DNA of 64,000 nt from a virus (taxonomy: Duplodnaviria; Caudoviricetes): the IMG/VR virus record IMGVR_UViG_3300028392_002123; one strand, 5' to 3'. This document shows positions 26,806 through 36,570 of this stretch, one piece after another. A program made the position numbers and the translations under genes. Position 1 is the stretch's first letter. Each line of letters starts with the position of its first letter. The notes under the pieces are model-generated. The model saw only the letters and a list, made by a program, of their open reading frames with translations, was not told the DNA's origin and did not search any database.

Positions 26806-28182
26806 TTAATTTAAAGGAATTTTGATACTACATTTACTGGTGTTAAACAAAGGATCTGTCATGTCACGCTCACAGCCTGCTACAAAAGGCACTAAGTTAA
26901 GTTTATCTTTTGTCAGTTTTAACTGTGGACTAATAGCGCCTTCGCTCATTCCCAAATCTCGATCCAAGGAATAGATCTGTGTTACTGCCAAAGTTACGGC
27001 ATCAATCTTCTTAACAGTCATTACTCCGGGCCAGTTACCACCACTGTGGTCAACATAAAAACTGCCGTCTTTATAAAGAATATCTAAAGGGCTTGCTTGA
27101 TAGCCTACTTGTAATGGAAGATATGTGGGAGCGACTGAGCTAAAATTTCCATTACCCGGATTTTTATACCATGCTACTTTGTCGCCAACTGCAACCAAAT
27201 CAATGCGTCCATTTTCTGTGGGTATTAAGTATGTCCAGTATACGTGAATCGATGACCCAACATCTGTGACCATACTAGCTGGCATCCTGGTATAATCTTT
27301 TGTAAAAGTACCATCGCCATTGCCCATTAAGAAATAAGGACGATAGTCTTCGGAGGGATTTGTATTACCCCAGCTGGCATTTACTGTGGCTACGTCTGCT
27401 TTACCGTCACCATTAATATCTGCTGTACTGGCATGATGCCCGTAAATTTTACCAGGAACTACGATTCGTTTGTATGTGCCGTCAACTTGACTTAAAAAGA
27501 CTATCTGATCATCGAACATGATATTTCGCCAAGTACTGGGAAATATTTGATCAATTGACTGTCCTGTAATTGTATCGCCTGCACCAAAACTATAATCAAT
27601 GCCATGACAGCTTACAAACAGGTCAGGTTTAGAATCATTGTTAAAGTCGGCTACGGCTGTATAACTATGACTTACACAAGTATAACGATCGCTTTCATTG
27701 GGCAACAATGTCGATGTTTTATCAACCCACTTGCCGTTTATAAATTTAGCAAAGTATACTTTATTTGGAGCATCTACAATTGGTTTATTTTTCAAATAAC
27801 TATCATGAACTCCTGTTCGACGCCATGTTGTTAAAAAGGCGCTGTAAGTACCGTCTTGGAAAAAGTCTCCGAACGCCAAACTCCTATCATTGACCACACC
27901 TCCATTGCAACCAGTTGTGTTGCAGCCTGCAGATTTTTCTGCATCACTAAAGATCCAACCATTAGCGTCCCTTAGCAGTCTAAACGAAGGCAATTGCACA
28001 CTATCAGTGATAATCAAATTTTTATTATTATAAGAAGTCAGCGATACACTTAGTTTATTGTTACTAGGCGGATTACTAGTAGTATTTACATTATCCGATG
28101 GAGCAGTAATACCACCGCCTCCGCCTCCGCCACAGCCGGTAAGAGCCGTGGTAATAGCTACCAACAGTAACAATTTATTCAT
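26806..28182 (-). CDS. FG-GAP/VCBS-repeat lipoprotein
   Basis: MNKLLLLVAITTALTGC lipobox plus Gly linker; repeats FGDFFQDG, ADFNNDSKPDL, ADINGDGKAD, GNGDGTF. Confidence 0.82.
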   Translation of the reverse strand: MNKLLLLVAITTALTGCGGGGGGGITAPSDNVNTTSNPPSNNKLSVSLTSYNNKNLIITDSVQLPSFRLLRDANGWIFSDAEKSAGCNTTGCNGGVVNDRSLAFGDFFQDGTYSAFLTTWRRTGVHDSYLKNKPIVDAPNKVYFAKFINGKWVDKTSTLLPNESDRYTCVSHSYTAVADFNNDSKPDLFVSCHGIDYSFGAGDTITGQSIDQIFPSTWRNIMFDDQIVFLSQVDGTYKRIVVPGKIYGHHASTADINGDGKADVATVNASWGNTNPSEDYRPYFLMGNGDGTFTKDYTRMPASMVTDVGSSIHVYWTYLIPTENGRIDLVAVGDKVAWYKNPGNGNFSSVAPTYLPLQVGYQASPLDILYKDGSFYVDHSGGNWPGVMTVKKIDAVTLAVTQIYSLDRDLGMSEGAISPQLKLTKDKLNLVPFVAGCERDMTDPLFNTSKCSIKIPLN

Positions 28183-28192
28183 TTTAAACCTT

Positions 28193-29398
28193 TTACTTGT
28201 ATGCTTTGAGCAATACAATGTCTGCGTTAATACGACCGTTAAGTTTAGTTTCTGTGGCTCGAACACCTTTAAACCATTTCTTTGCGGCGGGCTTACCATT
28301 GCTGGATAATTCCTTTAGTTGATCTGCAGGTTTGCGTAGAGTTTTTTGCACACTGGCCGCGGCATCAAATCCTGTGATCGTTTTACCTTTGACTGCTAAA
28401 GTACCAGCATATTGATCCACAATGTAGATGCCTAGTTTTCTATTCTTTGTGTTATAAACCCAAAGTTCTTGAGCACTAAGAATTTGTGTAGGTTCCACAC
28501 TTTTGAGTTTAAGGTCAGCAAACTCTTTAAGATACACTAACTTACTAACAATCTTCTCAGGCGGAACAGCCTTTTTCTTACGAGGTGTTTTACTGGCTTT
28601 TTTAACAATGTTATAACTGTTGGCATCTGCCAAGGCCTGTTGCCACCATTTAATAATGGCATTCAATTGGCGCTTGCCCAAGTGCTTGTATGCTTCCAGC
28701 AATTGGCTATCTTTTGTAGTAAGAATTTCTTCGTACTCATCGATTCTACGCTCGAAGAAACTTTGAGTAGATTTCAGTTGAGCAGGTTGAATATTAAATT
28801 GTACAAACAAATCAACTAGTTTCGGATCACCTTTGAAATCATTGGCAGTGATAAAGTCATCAAAACGACCTTCAACTTCTCCTAGACATTCGCTCATTTT
28901 TTCATTGAGACGATCTTGGATGTTAGGAGCCTTGGCTTTAACTTCGACTTTTTCTTTTACTTCAGGTTTTAGATTTTTTAATTGTTTTTCAGCGACCTTA
29001 AGATGTTTAATCAAAGTACGCAGACTGCCAAAGCGTAGTTTCAATCCAACACGAGCGGCTCGAAATGCAAAGCCAGCAGTACTGCCTGGCCAAGCTTCAC
29101 CTCGTTTAATTGCTTCTGCTAGGGCCGCACGTCGAGGATTACGAATCAGGAATTGATGCACCCACTCTGCACTCTTTTTGGCATCCTGTGTATAACTGTA
29201 CCAATTTAATGTTTTTAACAGTTGAGTTTGATACTCGCTGTTAGTCCAAGCATCTTGTTCTTCCACAGAAGGATAACGGGGTTCATCGCCTACATACTTA
29301 CTGTCAGCGTCCCTGTACATCAAGGGCTTTGCAGGATCGGCAAAGCGCCATGCAATTTTTGTATCAGTGTTTTTAACAGCCGGTTTTCGAATAGCCAT
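28193..29398 (-). CDS. Early hypothetical protein (basic, 401 aa)
   Basis: Long ORF with SD GGAGG and its own sigma70 promoter. Confidence 0.8.
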   Translation of the reverse strand: MAIRKPAVKNTDTKIAWRFADPAKPLMYRDADSKYVGDEPRYPSVEEQDAWTNSEYQTQLLKTLNWYSYTQDAKKSAEWVHQFLIRNPRRAALAEAIKRGEAWPGSTAGFAFRAARVGLKLRFGSLRTLIKHLKVAEKQLKNLKPEVKEKVEVKAKAPNIQDRLNEKMSECLGEVEGRFDDFITANDFKGDPKLVDLFVQFNIQPAQLKSTQSFFERRIDEYEEILTTKDSQLLEAYKHLGKRQLNAIIKWWQQALADANSYNIVKKASKTPRKKKAVPPEKIVSKLVYLKEFADLKLKSVEPTQILSAQELWVYNTKNRKLGIYIVDQYAGTLAVKGKTITGFDAAASVQKTLRKPADQLKELSSNGKPAAKKWFKGVRATETKLNGRINADIVLLKAYK

Positions 29399-29416
29399 AT
29401 ATCCTCCAAAAAATTA

Positions 29417-29445
29417 ATTATAGCAGAATGTTAGTTATTTGTCAA
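29417..29445 (-). promoter_or_regulatory. Consensus sigma70 early promoter
   Basis: TTGACA-N17-TATAAT. Confidence 0.88.
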
Positions 29446-29447
29446 TT

Positions 29448-29876
29448 TCACTGATTTACGACAGCCCACAGTTTATTGGCCAAAACCATTTGCTGACTCC
29501 ATGCTTGGATTTCCCAAGGACGGTTATAATAACTTGCAACAACCTTTTTTCCCAACCAAAAAGGTGTTTCCTTGCCTCTGATATATTTCCATTGCAGTTT
29601 ACCCGAAGCCAATTGCTTGATATGCACCATTTCGTGGGCCAGGGTTTCCACCATTTTTTCTATGTCTAAACGACTGTCTAAAATTACTACTAAAGTATTA
29701 TCAGGCAACTTGCTAGCCATACCCCTAGCACCTTCTTCTGCGATCAAATTTTTCTTGGTAGAAATTAGTAGTTTATGCTTAAATTTTTCAAGTTTAAGTT
29801 CTTTGATAAACAAAGCAGTCGCGGCTTCTAAGAAGGCACGTTTGCCACTGTTGCGTAGGAGTATTTCTGTGTTCAT
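29448..29876 (-). CDS. HEXXH zinc metallopeptidase-like protein
   Basis: ETLAHEMVHIKQ plus downstream YYNRPWEIQA. Confidence 0.8.
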   Translation of the reverse strand: MNTEILLRNSGKRAFLEAATALFIKELKLEKFKHKLLISTKKNLIAEEGARGMASKLPDNTLVVILDSRLDIEKMVETLAHEMVHIKQLASGKLQWKYIRGKETPFWLGKKVVASYYNRPWEIQAWSQQMVLANKLWAVVNQ

Positions 29877-29882
29877 GTGTTA

Positions 29883-29911
29883 ATTATACAATAAACGGGA
29901 TTTACTGTCAA
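29883..29911 (-). promoter_or_regulatory. Consensus sigma70 promoter (leaderless)
   Basis: TTGACA-N17-TATAAT, 6 nt before the ATG. Confidence 0.85.
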
Positions 29912-29947
29912 TTTTTTGATTTAAGTTTTTCAGGTAAATAGTAGACT

Positions 29948-30982
29948 ATGCCAAGATTAAGCCTGTGGAAAAAAGAAAAAACCAATGATTTTCACTTCAT
30001 GGATAAAATTATCCGTGAACAATTTCTAGTGGGAGGAACCGGTGTCCTTGTCCACAAATATGTACAGCCTGCCGATCAGGGTGCTAGTAACGATCCTACT
30101 AGACCTAACTATCGTGCAGATGATATTTTAAATGAAACAAAAATTCAAGATTTGTTGTTCTTAGAAAATAGAGACAGAATATATGACCCAGATGTATATG
30201 AGCTCATGGGCGTGTACAACGTAGGAGATCAAGATTTTGACTTAACACAATTCGGTTTATTCCTGTCAGCTGACACAATTTTTATTAGTTTTCATATCAA
30301 TGACATGGTTGATAGAATAGGCCGTAAGTTAATGGCCGGTGATGTTATCGAACTACCCCATGTTAGAGACGATTTATTATTGGATCAAAGTAAACCAGCA
30401 GTAAACAAATTTTATGTAGTACAGGATGCTAGTCGTGCCGCAGAAGGTTTTAGTCAAACATGGTACCCACATATTTGGCGTATTAAAGCAAGCCCTATGA
30501 CCGATGCACAAGAATACAGAGATATACTACAACAAAATGCCGAGGAAGGTTCTGGTGTGGACACACTAAAAGATGCACTAAGCACTTATCAACGAGAATT
30601 AGAAATCAGCAACGCTATCATTGCCGCTGGTGAAAAAGAAGTTCCGAAATACGAGCAGAATACCAGTAACTTAGTCAATGATACTACAAAACAATATCAG
30701 TATGATCATGGCGAGCAAGTTGATCAAGGAAATAGTTTCCCTATAAATCCACACGATGGTGATTTCTTTATTCGAACAGACTACATGCCAAATGCCATGT
30801 TTGTTTATCGAGGAACAAGATGGCAACGTGTATCTGAGTTTAATGATACAACTACTATGAGAGACAGAGTGTTTAACGCTGGTCAGTTTATTAACAATAC
30901 TGCTACCACTGTTGTGGGCAATAAAGAAATACCAATAAGACAACCATTGAGTCAAGTGATCAAACCTAAGGCAGATATTTAA
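29948..30982 (+). CDS. gp14: Neck/head-closure protein (gp14-like)
   Basis: FDLTQFGLF, GDVIELPH; late motif GTAAATA at 29934; precedes the gp15-like gene. Confidence 0.72.
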   Translation: MPRLSLWKKEKTNDFHFMDKIIREQFLVGGTGVLVHKYVQPADQGASNDPTRPNYRADDILNETKIQDLLFLENRDRIYDPDVYELMGVYNVGDQDFDLTQFGLFLSADTIFISFHINDMVDRIGRKLMAGDVIELPHVRDDLLLDQSKPAVNKFYVVQDASRAAEGFSQTWYPHIWRIKASPMTDAQEYRDILQQNAEEGSGVDTLKDALSTYQRELEISNAIIAAGEKEVPKYEQNTSNLVNDTTKQYQYDHGEQVDQGNSFPINPHDGDFFIRTDYMPNAMFVYRGTRWQRVSEFNDTTTMRDRVFNAGQFINNTATTVVGNKEIPIRQPLSQVIKPKADI

Positions 30983-30984
30983 TT

Positions 30985-32343
30985 ATGCAATTTTTTTACG
31001 ATGAACAAATACGAAGATACTTAACTCAGTTTATGAGACTCATGGGAGAGTTTTCTGTAAAGACTGGTAAAGATAGAAACGGTCAAGAAAGTTATATTCA
31101 AGTGCCAGTACGTTATGGCGACATCAATCGTATGGCCGCACACATAATGAAAAATCAAAGTGAGAACATGATTAATACTGTTCCATTTATCAGTGTGTAT
31201 GTCACTGACTTGACTATCAATGCTGAACGAAGAAACAATCCCACGCACGTAGATAAAGTGCAAGTTTTTGAAAAAAAATATGATTACGCTACAGGACAAT
31301 ATATAGACGGAGAGATAGGAAATACTTATAGTATAGAACGTTATATGCCGGTACCCTACGACCTAACTGTTCAAGTTGATATATGGACCAGTAACACAGA
31401 TCAAAAATTACAAATATTAGAGCAGTTGTTAGTTTTGTTTAACCCTAGTATCAACTTGCAGGTCAATGATAATCCATTTGATTGGACTGGTTTAACTTAT
31501 ACAGAACTAATCAACGTTGTATGGAGTGTTCGTCAAGTTCCGCAAGGCACAGATGATATCATCGATGTGGCCGCACTAAATTTTACTATTCCTATTTTTA
31601 TTAATCCTCCGGCCAAGGTAAAACGACAAACACTTATTCATACTATTATGAATGAAATTAAACGAGCACAGGATAAAAATCCCTTAGATTGGAATCCTGC
31701 CGATCCTGTACCAAATAAACAATGGGTTATAGTAGGCTTTGAAGATTTACAATTACAAGTTAGAATCGACGGAGATTATGCTTTGCTGTTAAACAGACAA
31801 GGCACAGCAACATTTGACGACGGCAGTCCTTTAGGTTGGGAGGAAGCCCTTAAACCTTATGGACAATATCGTCCTGGTATAAGTCAAATGCGTCTACGTC
31901 GCGGCGATGATCCTGCTAATAGTGGCAGTGATATTATTGCTACACTAGGTGACATTAGCCCTGTGCAGATGAATAAAATTTTTATAAACATAGACGAAAG
32001 TAGTTTACCTGGCACTACTATTGCGGCTGTTAATGCCATTGTTGATCCAAAAAAATCTTCACCTGGTCATGGATTGCCTGCGGCACAGTTAGGTCAAAGA
32101 TACTTGATTATTAATAATGTTCCGGAAATTGATTCATGGAGTAATGTTAGTGCCAAACAATTTGATATCATTGAATTTAATGGTACTGCTTGGGTTGTTA
32201 GTTTTAATGCTTTAGCCAATGGCAATTCAAGTGCCTACGTATTAAATATAACAACTGGATTAATATATGAATGGCGTGCCGGACAATGGATTAGTGCATA
32301 TGAAGGAACATATCGTACAGGTTGGTGGAGATTGTATCTGTGA
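30985..32343 (+). CDS. gp15: Tail terminator/sheath stabiliser (gp15-like) with C-terminal extension
   Basis: FFYDEQIRRY, VPVRYGD, MPVPY.L, QILEQLLVLFNP. Confidence 0.85.
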   Translation: MQFFYDEQIRRYLTQFMRLMGEFSVKTGKDRNGQESYIQVPVRYGDINRMAAHIMKNQSENMINTVPFISVYVTDLTINAERRNNPTHVDKVQVFEKKYDYATGQYIDGEIGNTYSIERYMPVPYDLTVQVDIWTSNTDQKLQILEQLLVLFNPSINLQVNDNPFDWTGLTYTELINVVWSVRQVPQGTDDIIDVAALNFTIPIFINPPAKVKRQTLIHTIMNEIKRAQDKNPLDWNPADPVPNKQWVIVGFEDLQLQVRIDGDYALLLNRQGTATFDDGSPLGWEEALKPYGQYRPGISQMRLRRGDDPANSGSDIIATLGDISPVQMNKIFINIDESSLPGTTIAAVNAIVDPKKSSPGHGLPAAQLGQRYLIINNVPEIDSWSNVSAKQFDIIEFNGTAWVVSFNALANGNSSAYVLNITTGLIYEWRAGQWISAYEGTYRTGWWRLYL

Positions 32344-32816
32344 AGCAGTATAAGGCAGTTGGCGGAATTATTGTTAGTAAGAGTACAGGCAATGTATTGA
32401 CTTTGTTGCGCTCTAAAAAAGAAAGCCATCCTAACACTTGGACGTTTTGTGGCGGCAAATTAGAAAATAATGAACTAGAGCATAGTGCATTATTAAGAGA
32501 GATGAACGAAGAACTGGGCAACATAGAAGTTGATAAAGTAATACCTTTTCACAGATATCAAAGTAGAAGTAAAGATTTTATCTACGATACTTTTATTGTG
32601 TTAGTAGATGAAGAATTTACTCCCACCCTTAATTGGGAAAACAGTGGATATGCATGGACTCCCATGGATAATTTGCCTAGTCCTTTGCACAGTAAAACCA
32701 GACAAATGTTATCCAGTTCTAGATTAATTAAAAAGTTCGAAACTTTTTGTCAATGGGTTGATAAGAAAAATGGCGGCAGAGATAGTACAATTCCCGAAAA
32801 GAATAAAAAAGCCTAA
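32340..32816 (+). CDS. NUDIX hydrolase
   Basis: Nudix box GGKLENNELEHSALLREMNEELG; probable GTG start overlapping the gp15 stop. Confidence 0.85.
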   Translation: MKQYKAVGGIIVSKSTGNVLTLLRSKKESHPNTWTFCGGKLENNELEHSALLREMNEELGNIEVDKVIPFHRYQSRSKDFIYDTFIVLVDEEFTPTLNWENSGYAWTPMDNLPSPLHSKTRQMLSSSRLIKKFETFCQWVDKKNGGRDSTIPEKNKKA

Positions 32817-33174
32817 TGTCGTTAAAAGTTTAGACCTGCGACATTGCTGGGACTCGCGGCTACAAAATCCATATCTTAATTCTTTATATAAGTCCGAACT
32901 ATCCTATGCAGAACGATGGTACTTACATGCTGTACATTGTTTAAATTTTGACAAAGAAGATCATCCATTGATATCCGTGCTGTTAAATCCGTCTGACTAC
33001 ACGTTAAACCTGTTATATACTTGCGTGAACAATGATTTAAAAATACAACTAAAGGCATTAGAAAGTATTCATTTACCAAACCCTTATGCAATGACCGCAG
33101 ATTATAATATAAGAAGATTAAACAAATGGAAAACTAAGTGGGAATGTTTGATTAATTATCGGGATCGACTTTAA
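32770..33174 (+). CDS. Hypothetical protein
   Basis: ~134 aa ORF overlapping the NUDIX gene end. Confidence 0.55.
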   Translation: MAAEIVQFPKRIKKPNVVKSLDLRHCWDSRLQNPYLNSLYKSELSYAERWYLHAVHCLNFDKEDHPLISVLLNPSDYTLNLLYTCVNNDLKIQLKALESIHLPNPYAMTADYNIRRLNKWKTKWECLINYRDRL

Positions 33175-33787
33175 AGTTTTTAGTACCCAAGTGTCCTAAT
33201 TTTTTTGTCACTGTTAGATCTAAATTTATATCTATTTTTTTGTCCAGTAACATTCTGCAGAACTCAATATCTTCCCCGGTATATTGGCCGTGCCATCCTA
33301 GAACAAACCAAGGTAGTGCTAGTTCGTCAAATACTGTTATATCTATCAGCATGAATCCCATGGCCACTGCTTGACATGTGATCAAGTCTTTGTCAAATTC
33401 TTGTACATGACTATCCCATTTATATATTTCATGCCATGCTGTGACTACAAAAGGTTCTACACGTTTACTATAACCTGCGGCAACAACTGGCAATTTTCTA
33501 TCTATTAATGATATAACACAATCAGGTGTAAACTCCATGTCACTGTCAATAAACATGACATGTGTTGCGCCCCATTCCTGTGCGGCCAATACTAGCTCAT
33601 GTCTTTGGTTTACTATTAGAGTTCCGTGACTAAGAAATAATTTATTATCTATACCTAGTCTAGTTAGTACGCTACTTAAATTGTAAAGACAAAAAGTAGT
33701 AACAGCATGCATTTGATCCCTTGCAGGTATGCATACTGCTAATCTTATACTATTATAGTCGGTGCTGAGTTTATCTAAGAAGTTCAC
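33152..33787 (-). CDS. GT-A fold glycosyltransferase (GT2-like)
   Basis: AVCIPARD, VMFIDSDM (DxD), MGFMLI, GEDIEFC, GHLG. Confidence 0.82.
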   Translation of the reverse strand: MNFLDKLSTDYNSIRLAVCIPARDQMHAVTTFCLYNLSSVLTRLGIDNKLFLSHGTLIVNQRHELVLAAQEWGATHVMFIDSDMEFTPDCVISLIDRKLPVVAAGYSKRVEPFVVTAWHEIYKWDSHVQEFDKDLITCQAVAMGFMLIDITVFDELALPWFVLGWHGQYTGEDIEFCRMLLDKKIDINLDLTVTKKLGHLGTKNFKVDPDN

Positions 33788-34371
33788 AGATTGCTTTTTA
33801 ATTTAATGCCGCGTTTTTCTATAGGTTGTGGATCAGGAGATACTTCTTTTTCCGGTGCATTTGCCCTAATTCCAATGTCTTCTTCTGCTTTGATTGTTGC
33901 TTGTTTAATTGCATTAGCTAGTTTGACACAGAGTTGAGTTGCCTTAACATACCCTTCTTCAGGCAACATGGTCATTTTTTCCATGGTGTCTTTACTGATT
34001 TGTCCTGCTGTTATGATTTCAATAGCTGATGTTTTTCCTAGTTTATCTATCCAGAAATTTAATTCTTTTTCTTCCCATTTAGATACTAGATCACACAGGT
34101 TATCAATTTTATAGTTGTCTAACCATTCTTTCAGTGCATCAATGTTAGCTTGATTGTTATTCTTTTCATATTCTGTGGTTGCTAGATTCGCAGAACTTAG
34201 TTCTCTAATTTTGTTTACTACTTCGATTACTCTACGTGGAAATCCAATGGATGATGTAGTCGCATTAAAGTTTTCTAATTCAAATTGACTGGGTATCATG
34301 TAGGGTACAATATCAAATAGTTTTTGATACTTGTCTGTGTCGGTTGTAGCTGTTGATTTCTTTGTGGCCAT
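33784..34371 (-). CDS. Helical hypothetical protein
   Basis: 195 aa with TATAAATA late promoter upstream. Confidence 0.7.
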   Translation of the reverse strand: MATKKSTATTDTDKYQKLFDIVPYMIPSQFELENFNATTSSIGFPRRVIEVVNKIRELSSANLATTEYEKNNNQANIDALKEWLDNYKIDNLCDLVSKWEEKELNFWIDKLGKTSAIEIITAGQISKDTMEKMTMLPEEGYVKATQLCVKLANAIKQATIKAEEDIGIRANAPEKEVSPDPQPIEKRGIKLKSNL

Positions 34372-34373
34372 AA

Positions 34374-34404
34374 AAATACCTCGATGTTATTCGAGGTATT
34401 TATA
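34374..34404 (-). promoter_or_regulatory. Late promoter overlapping an SD-containing hairpin
   Basis: TATAAATA overlaps the 5' arm of an 11-bp perfect stem AAATACCTCGA/TCGAGGTATTT; GAGGT is in the 3' arm; ATG follows. Confidence 0.75.
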
Positions 34405-34421
34405 AGTTTATATCTTAAGAA

Positions 34422-34616
34422 TTAGTATGTATATGGAATAGTTTGGCCACCAAAACGTGAGCTCAAACTAATTTGTGTGCTCGCGGATTGTCCAACGTAT
34501 GCACCTAATGTAGCACTTAATCTAATGTTTTGGCCACCTGCGGCCGCCACGTTACTATAAGCTTTTTTTACACGACCCATTACAATTTCGGTTCCTGTTG
34601 CTGGTAAAATAGCCAT
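34422..34616 (-). CDS. Small late (virion) protein
   Basis: 64 aa; GATAAATA and SD AAGGA upstream. Confidence 0.7.
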   Translation of the reverse strand: MAILPATGTEIVMGRVKKAYSNVAAAGGQNIRLSATLGAYVGQSASTQISLSSRFGGQTIPYTY

Positions 34617-34667
34617 TTTAGAATTCCTTTATTTCATATTATTTATCACTTCAAAGTGAAAATAAGT

Positions 34668-34689
34668 GGAAGGTAGTTGCCTACCTTCC
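34668..34689 (-). terminator. GNRA-capped hairpin after a fibre gene
   Basis: GGAAGGTAG-GCAA-CTACCTTCC perfect 9-bp stem. Confidence 0.65.
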
Positions 34690-34702
34690 AAAAATACCAG
34701 TA

Positions 34703-36508
34703 TTATAGTTCTGGCTTAGAACCAACTTGTGCTTCAAGAACTTTAACTTTTGCACTTAGCTCTTTAACTGCTTCGATTAACAATGCTGTTAGCTTGTCGT
34801 AACGAACTGTTTTGTAGCCTTTAAATGCAGAATCGCATACCAACTCAGGAGCAACTGCTTCGACTTCTTGAGCAATAACACCCATCTGGTGACGATTATC
34901 AATGCCTAATGCTAGAGCAGTTTCGTTTGGATCAAATGTAACACCGTTGATTGCTTCAACTTTATCCAAAGCATCTGCAATAGTAACAATGTTTGTCTTC
35001 AATTTCAAGTCAGAGTAGTAAGCTGTAACTTCACCAGTAGCAGTAATTGCACCAGTAACTGTTAAAGCACCTGTTGAACATGCGCTACTTGTGCTTACTG
35101 CACCAGTGTGTGTACCACTTGTGTTGCTACTTGAAGTGATATAACTACTTGGGTTAGTAGCATTGTATGGTGTAAAGCCTAAAGCTGTTGTTACGTTAGC
35201 ACTTGTAATACCAGTGATATAACCAGCACCGTTAGTCAATTGGTTATTGTTAGTTACGTTGGTAGCACCTGCGGCAATACCGTCTAACTTGGCGGCATAT
35301 GTACTTGTCATATAACCGTTTACACTGGCCGTGGCCGCTGCCATACTGATTGTAGTTGCACCACTTGTTGTACTTGCACTAACTGGAGCTGTACCAGTAA
35401 TGCTTAAAATACCAGTGTTAGTAATTGTAACTGCACCAGTAGCACCACTTACGCTAATACCAGTACCAGCAACATTACTTGTTACACCAGCGTTAGAAAT
35501 TGTTGTACCACTTACGCCAATGCCTGTACCAGCTGTTGTAACTGTAATGGCTGCACTACCGTCAAAACTTACACCGTTAATTGTGCGAGCTGTTTGTAGT
35601 GTAGTTGCTGTTGAAGCATTACCACTTAAAGCACCGTAAACTGTTGTGACGTTTAAGTTCTTATTGAAGTTCCAACGATCGTCAGCACTTGTATAAGTTA
35701 ATGTTGCAGGAGTAGCTGGGCCGTCGATGGTTAAGCCAGCACCGTTTGCTTGTGCGGCTGTTGTGGCATTCTTAGCAAGTTCAATATTTAAGTCTGCCAC
35801 GGCTACTGTAGTCGAGTTAACTGTTGTAGTTGTGCCGCTGACTGTTAAGTTACCAGAAACTGTTAAGTCACCTGGTGTTGTCAATGAGCTTGGTAAACTT
35901 AATGTTACACCGCCTGTGCTAGCACTGGCTGTAATTTGGTTAGTTGTACCAGAAATAGTTGTTACACCAGTATTGCTAACTGTTGTACCACTTACGCCAA
36001 TACCTGTACCGGCTGTAACAACGGTAATGTTTGCACTACCATCAAAGCTTACGCCTTGAATGTTACGAGCTGTTTTTAATGTTGTAGCTGTATCAGCATT
36101 ACCTGTTAGCGCACCTGTAAAACCAGTTGAAGAAACTGAAGTTAAACCAGCTAGTGTGGTTGAGCTTGCACCTAATGCGATTGCTGTTGAACCAATTGTT
36201 GTTGAACTATTGGCCAAGTTAGCATTAGTAATACCTGCTGTACCGCTTAGGTTGCTGTTTGTTAAACCAGTGATAGTATTGCTACCTGCGGCAATAGTTT
36301 TATTTGTTAAAGTTTGTGTACCAGCAATAGATGCTAGTGTACCTGTTGTTGGTAAAGTAACAGTTGTTGCACCAGTTGTTGTTAGCGTAAGTGCATTATT
36401 TGCACTTAACGATAAACTGTTGCCTGTTGCACCAATATTAGTAATGGTATTACCATTACTGCTAAGACCGTTTACGCCGATCAGAGGCGTTTTTGAAGAT
36501 GTTGCCAT
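34703..36508 (-). CDS. Tail fibre with C-terminal intramolecular chaperone (peptidase S74-like)
   Basis: Thr/Gly/Ser-rich repeats; YSDLKLKTNI...GVIAQEVE.V.PELV...V.YDKLTALLIEAVKEL. Confidence 0.88.
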   Translation of the reverse strand: MATSSKTPLIGVNGLSSNGNTITNIGATGNSLSLSANNALTLTTTGATTVTLPTTGTLASIAGTQTLTNKTIAAGSNTITGLTNSNLSGTAGITNANLANSSTTIGSTAIALGASSTTLAGLTSVSSTGFTGALTGNADTATTLKTARNIQGVSFDGSANITVVTAGTGIGVSGTTVSNTGVTTISGTTNQITASASTGGVTLSLPSSLTTPGDLTVSGNLTVSGTTTTVNSTTVAVADLNIELAKNATTAAQANGAGLTIDGPATPATLTYTSADDRWNFNKNLNVTTVYGALSGNASTATTLQTARTINGVSFDGSAAITVTTAGTGIGVSGTTISNAGVTSNVAGTGISVSGATGAVTITNTGILSITGTAPVSASTTSGATTISMAAATASVNGYMTSTYAAKLDGIAAGATNVTNNNQLTNGAGYITGITSANVTTALGFTPYNATNPSSYITSSSNTSGTHTGAVSTSSACSTGALTVTGAITATGEVTAYYSDLKLKTNIVTIADALDKVEAINGVTFDPNETALALGIDNRHQMGVIAQEVEAVAPELVCDSAFKGYKTVRYDKLTALLIEAVKELSAKVKVLEAQVGSKPEL

Positions 36509-36530
36509 TTTTAGTTTCCCTTTCCACTAA

Positions 36531-36556
36531 AAGTTAGGGGAATCTTTCCCCTAACT
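36531..36556 (-). terminator. Intrinsic terminator
   Basis: AAGTTAGGGGA-AAGA-TTCCCCTAACTT-type stem followed by TT on the minus strand. Confidence 0.7.
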
Positions 36557-36570
36557 TGCTTGGCTAATTA

